DNA from: Chiloscyllium plagiosum
Taxonomy: Eukaryota
NCBI RefSeq assembly: GCF_004010195.1
Contig: NC_057719.1
Span: 25,056,750-25,120,749 of the forward strand
Length of the DNA stretch: 64,000 nucleotides
Reading direction: 5' to 3'
Both the position numbers and the translations under genes were made by a program. This document shows positions 62,400-64,000 of this stretch, in pieces. The stretch's first letter is position 1, and each line of letters begins with the position of its first letter. A model generated the notes under the pieces. The model saw only the letters and a program-made list of their open reading frames with translations. It had not been told where the DNA came from and did no database searches.

Positions 62400-63000
62400 T
62401 AGATCAGTTTGTAAGTTTGCTCTCTGAGCTGGAAGGTTTGTTTTCAGACATTTTGTCACCATGCTAGGTAACATAGTCACTGAGCCTCCAGTGAAATGTT
62501 GGTGTTCTGTCCTGCTTTCTGTTGATGTCTTGGTCAATTAAGGTGGGTGATATAATTTCTGGTTCTTTTTTGCAGAGGATGGTAAATGGGTCCATCTTGA
62601 TGTGTTTATTGATGGAGTTCCAGTTTGAATGCCAGGCCTGTAGGAATTCCTGTGCATGTCTCTGTTTAGCCTGTCCTAGAATGGATTTGTTGTCTTAGTC
62701 AAAGTGGTGTCTTTCTTTGTCTGTATGTAGGGATATTAGTGAAAATGGGTCATGTATTTTGGTGGCTCGTTGGTGTTTGTGTATCCTGGTGGCTAGTTTT
62801 CTGCCTGTCTGTACGATTTGTAGTATTTGTTGCAGTCCTTGCAAGGCATTTTGTAAATGTCATTCCTTTTGCTGGTTATTGGTATAGGGTCTTTTTTGGG
62901 TTCATCAGTTGCTGTTTCAGTGTGTTGGTAGGTTTGTGGGTGACCATGATGCCAAGGGATCAGAGTAGTCTGGTAGTTATCTCCAAGATATCTCTGATGT
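62400..63000 (-). mobile_element. Penelope fragment (GIY-YIG remnant plus terminus)
   Basis: NDIYKMPCKDCNKYY; homologous to 57600-58200; decayed hammerhead at about 62447-62480. Confidence 0.85.
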
Positions 63001-63410
63001 ATCAACTGCTGACACAGAATTCTAAGATTTTTTTTCTCTTTCTCCTCCCCAAAGGCAGATGAGATGTGTCAAATACTAGAAAGTTAGGAATAAACAAATG
63101 GAACTTTCTTACCAAAAGGCTTAAAAAAATTACCAGACACTGAGTAGAAAAGAAACAGAAAGAGAACTGGTTTAGTCTGTTTAACCATTCAAGAGATCAT
63201 GTCTGATCTGTGACTAGACTCCATACACCTGTATTTCCCCAATCCTATTAACACCTTTGATTTAGCAAATATGTAACTGTGGCTTTTTAAAAATTAACCA
63301 TTCATCAACTTGCCATTTACAGGTGAGACTTGCAGACGGCCATGTCTCTTTTTTTGTGAAGGGAAATGTTTTTTTTTTCATTTCTGTTTCAGTTCCAATT
63401 CTTAGACTTT

Positions 63411-63413
63411 CTG

Positions 63414-63460
<47 letters not shown>
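63411..63460. repeat. (GT)n(CT)n microsatellite
   Basis: ctgtgtgtgtctctctctctctctctctctctctctctgtctctct. Confidence 0.9.
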
Positions 63461-64000
63461 TTCTGACTCCCCCACACCACCACTGTAGACCAAAACTCTT
63501 CAATTCTCAAAAGTACTTTTTGTCCTATTTAATCTGATACCTGTGATCACCTACATTTTAATCAAATCTCCATTTGCCCTTCTAAATTCCAGGAACTACA
63601 GCCATAATTTGTATTAGTGTAGTCCCTCCTTATAGTTTAATCCTTGAATTCCGATACCATTCGAAAAACCTTTGCTGAGTGACATCCAAATGTGTTACAT
63701 CCTTCCCAAGATCCTGCCCAGCAATGGTCAAAGCAATAGATATGATCTGAACAATGGTCTGTAACAGTGACATATTACAACTATTTTCTGATCATCTATT
63801 CCTGTGGATGTCAAGACCAGCATTTTATCACCTTTTTAAAAAATATTTTCTGCAACAATATGATATATTTTGCGAATAAGAAAGAATTGAAGAGTCAAAA
63901 AAGCAGGAAGGTGCTATTAATCTGAGGGAAAAAAATAGTATTTTATGTCAAAGGACCTTCTTTCCACTTCTAAGTAATAATTCTTCTGTTCTTCCTCGAT

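Noticed and set aside
39545..64000. Next ITPK1 exon (short, KRGxEVVQ-like)
   Set aside because: I found no acceptor/exon/donor with this peptide by eye; it probably lies beyond the window, although a ~25-nt exon could be missed.
1..64000. Intact autonomous retroelement, CRISPR array or prokaryotic-type system
   Set aside because: All RT/endonuclease ORFs are broken by stops or frameshifts; there is no repeat-spacer array or operon-like structure, and the DNA is vertebrate.

Overview
This is vertebrate genomic DNA from an elasmobranch. HE1/V-SINEs, HER1/CR1 LINEs and DeuSINEs point to a shark, and the repeat style resembles bamboo/carpet sharks (inference). It contains three genes in the order known from human 14q32: the last coding exon of GON7 (+, 5637-5725), the complete LYSET/TMEM251 CDS (-, 20872-21267) with a probable non-coding exon 1 in a CpG island near 25.1 kb, and the promoter and first coding exon of ITPK1 (+, 39450-39544) followed by more than 24 kb of intron. 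Most other sequence is decayed mobile DNA: CR1, L1/Tx1 and Rex/Babar LINEs, SINEs, a Tc1/mariner-type MITE and many Penelope-like (PLE) elements. Almost all ORFs in the supplied track are repeat-derived or spurious. The most striking signals are (i) several families of short fold-back PLE-derived insertions with 10-59 bp target-site duplications that carry minimal hammerhead-ribozyme cores, a few of them intact; (ii) a compact two-uORF arrangement just before the LYSET start codon; (iii) recent local duplications with informative junctions; and (iv) an unexplained CpG-retaining region at about 30.5-32.3 kb. Gene and repeat names come from recognising the sequence; no database searches were run.
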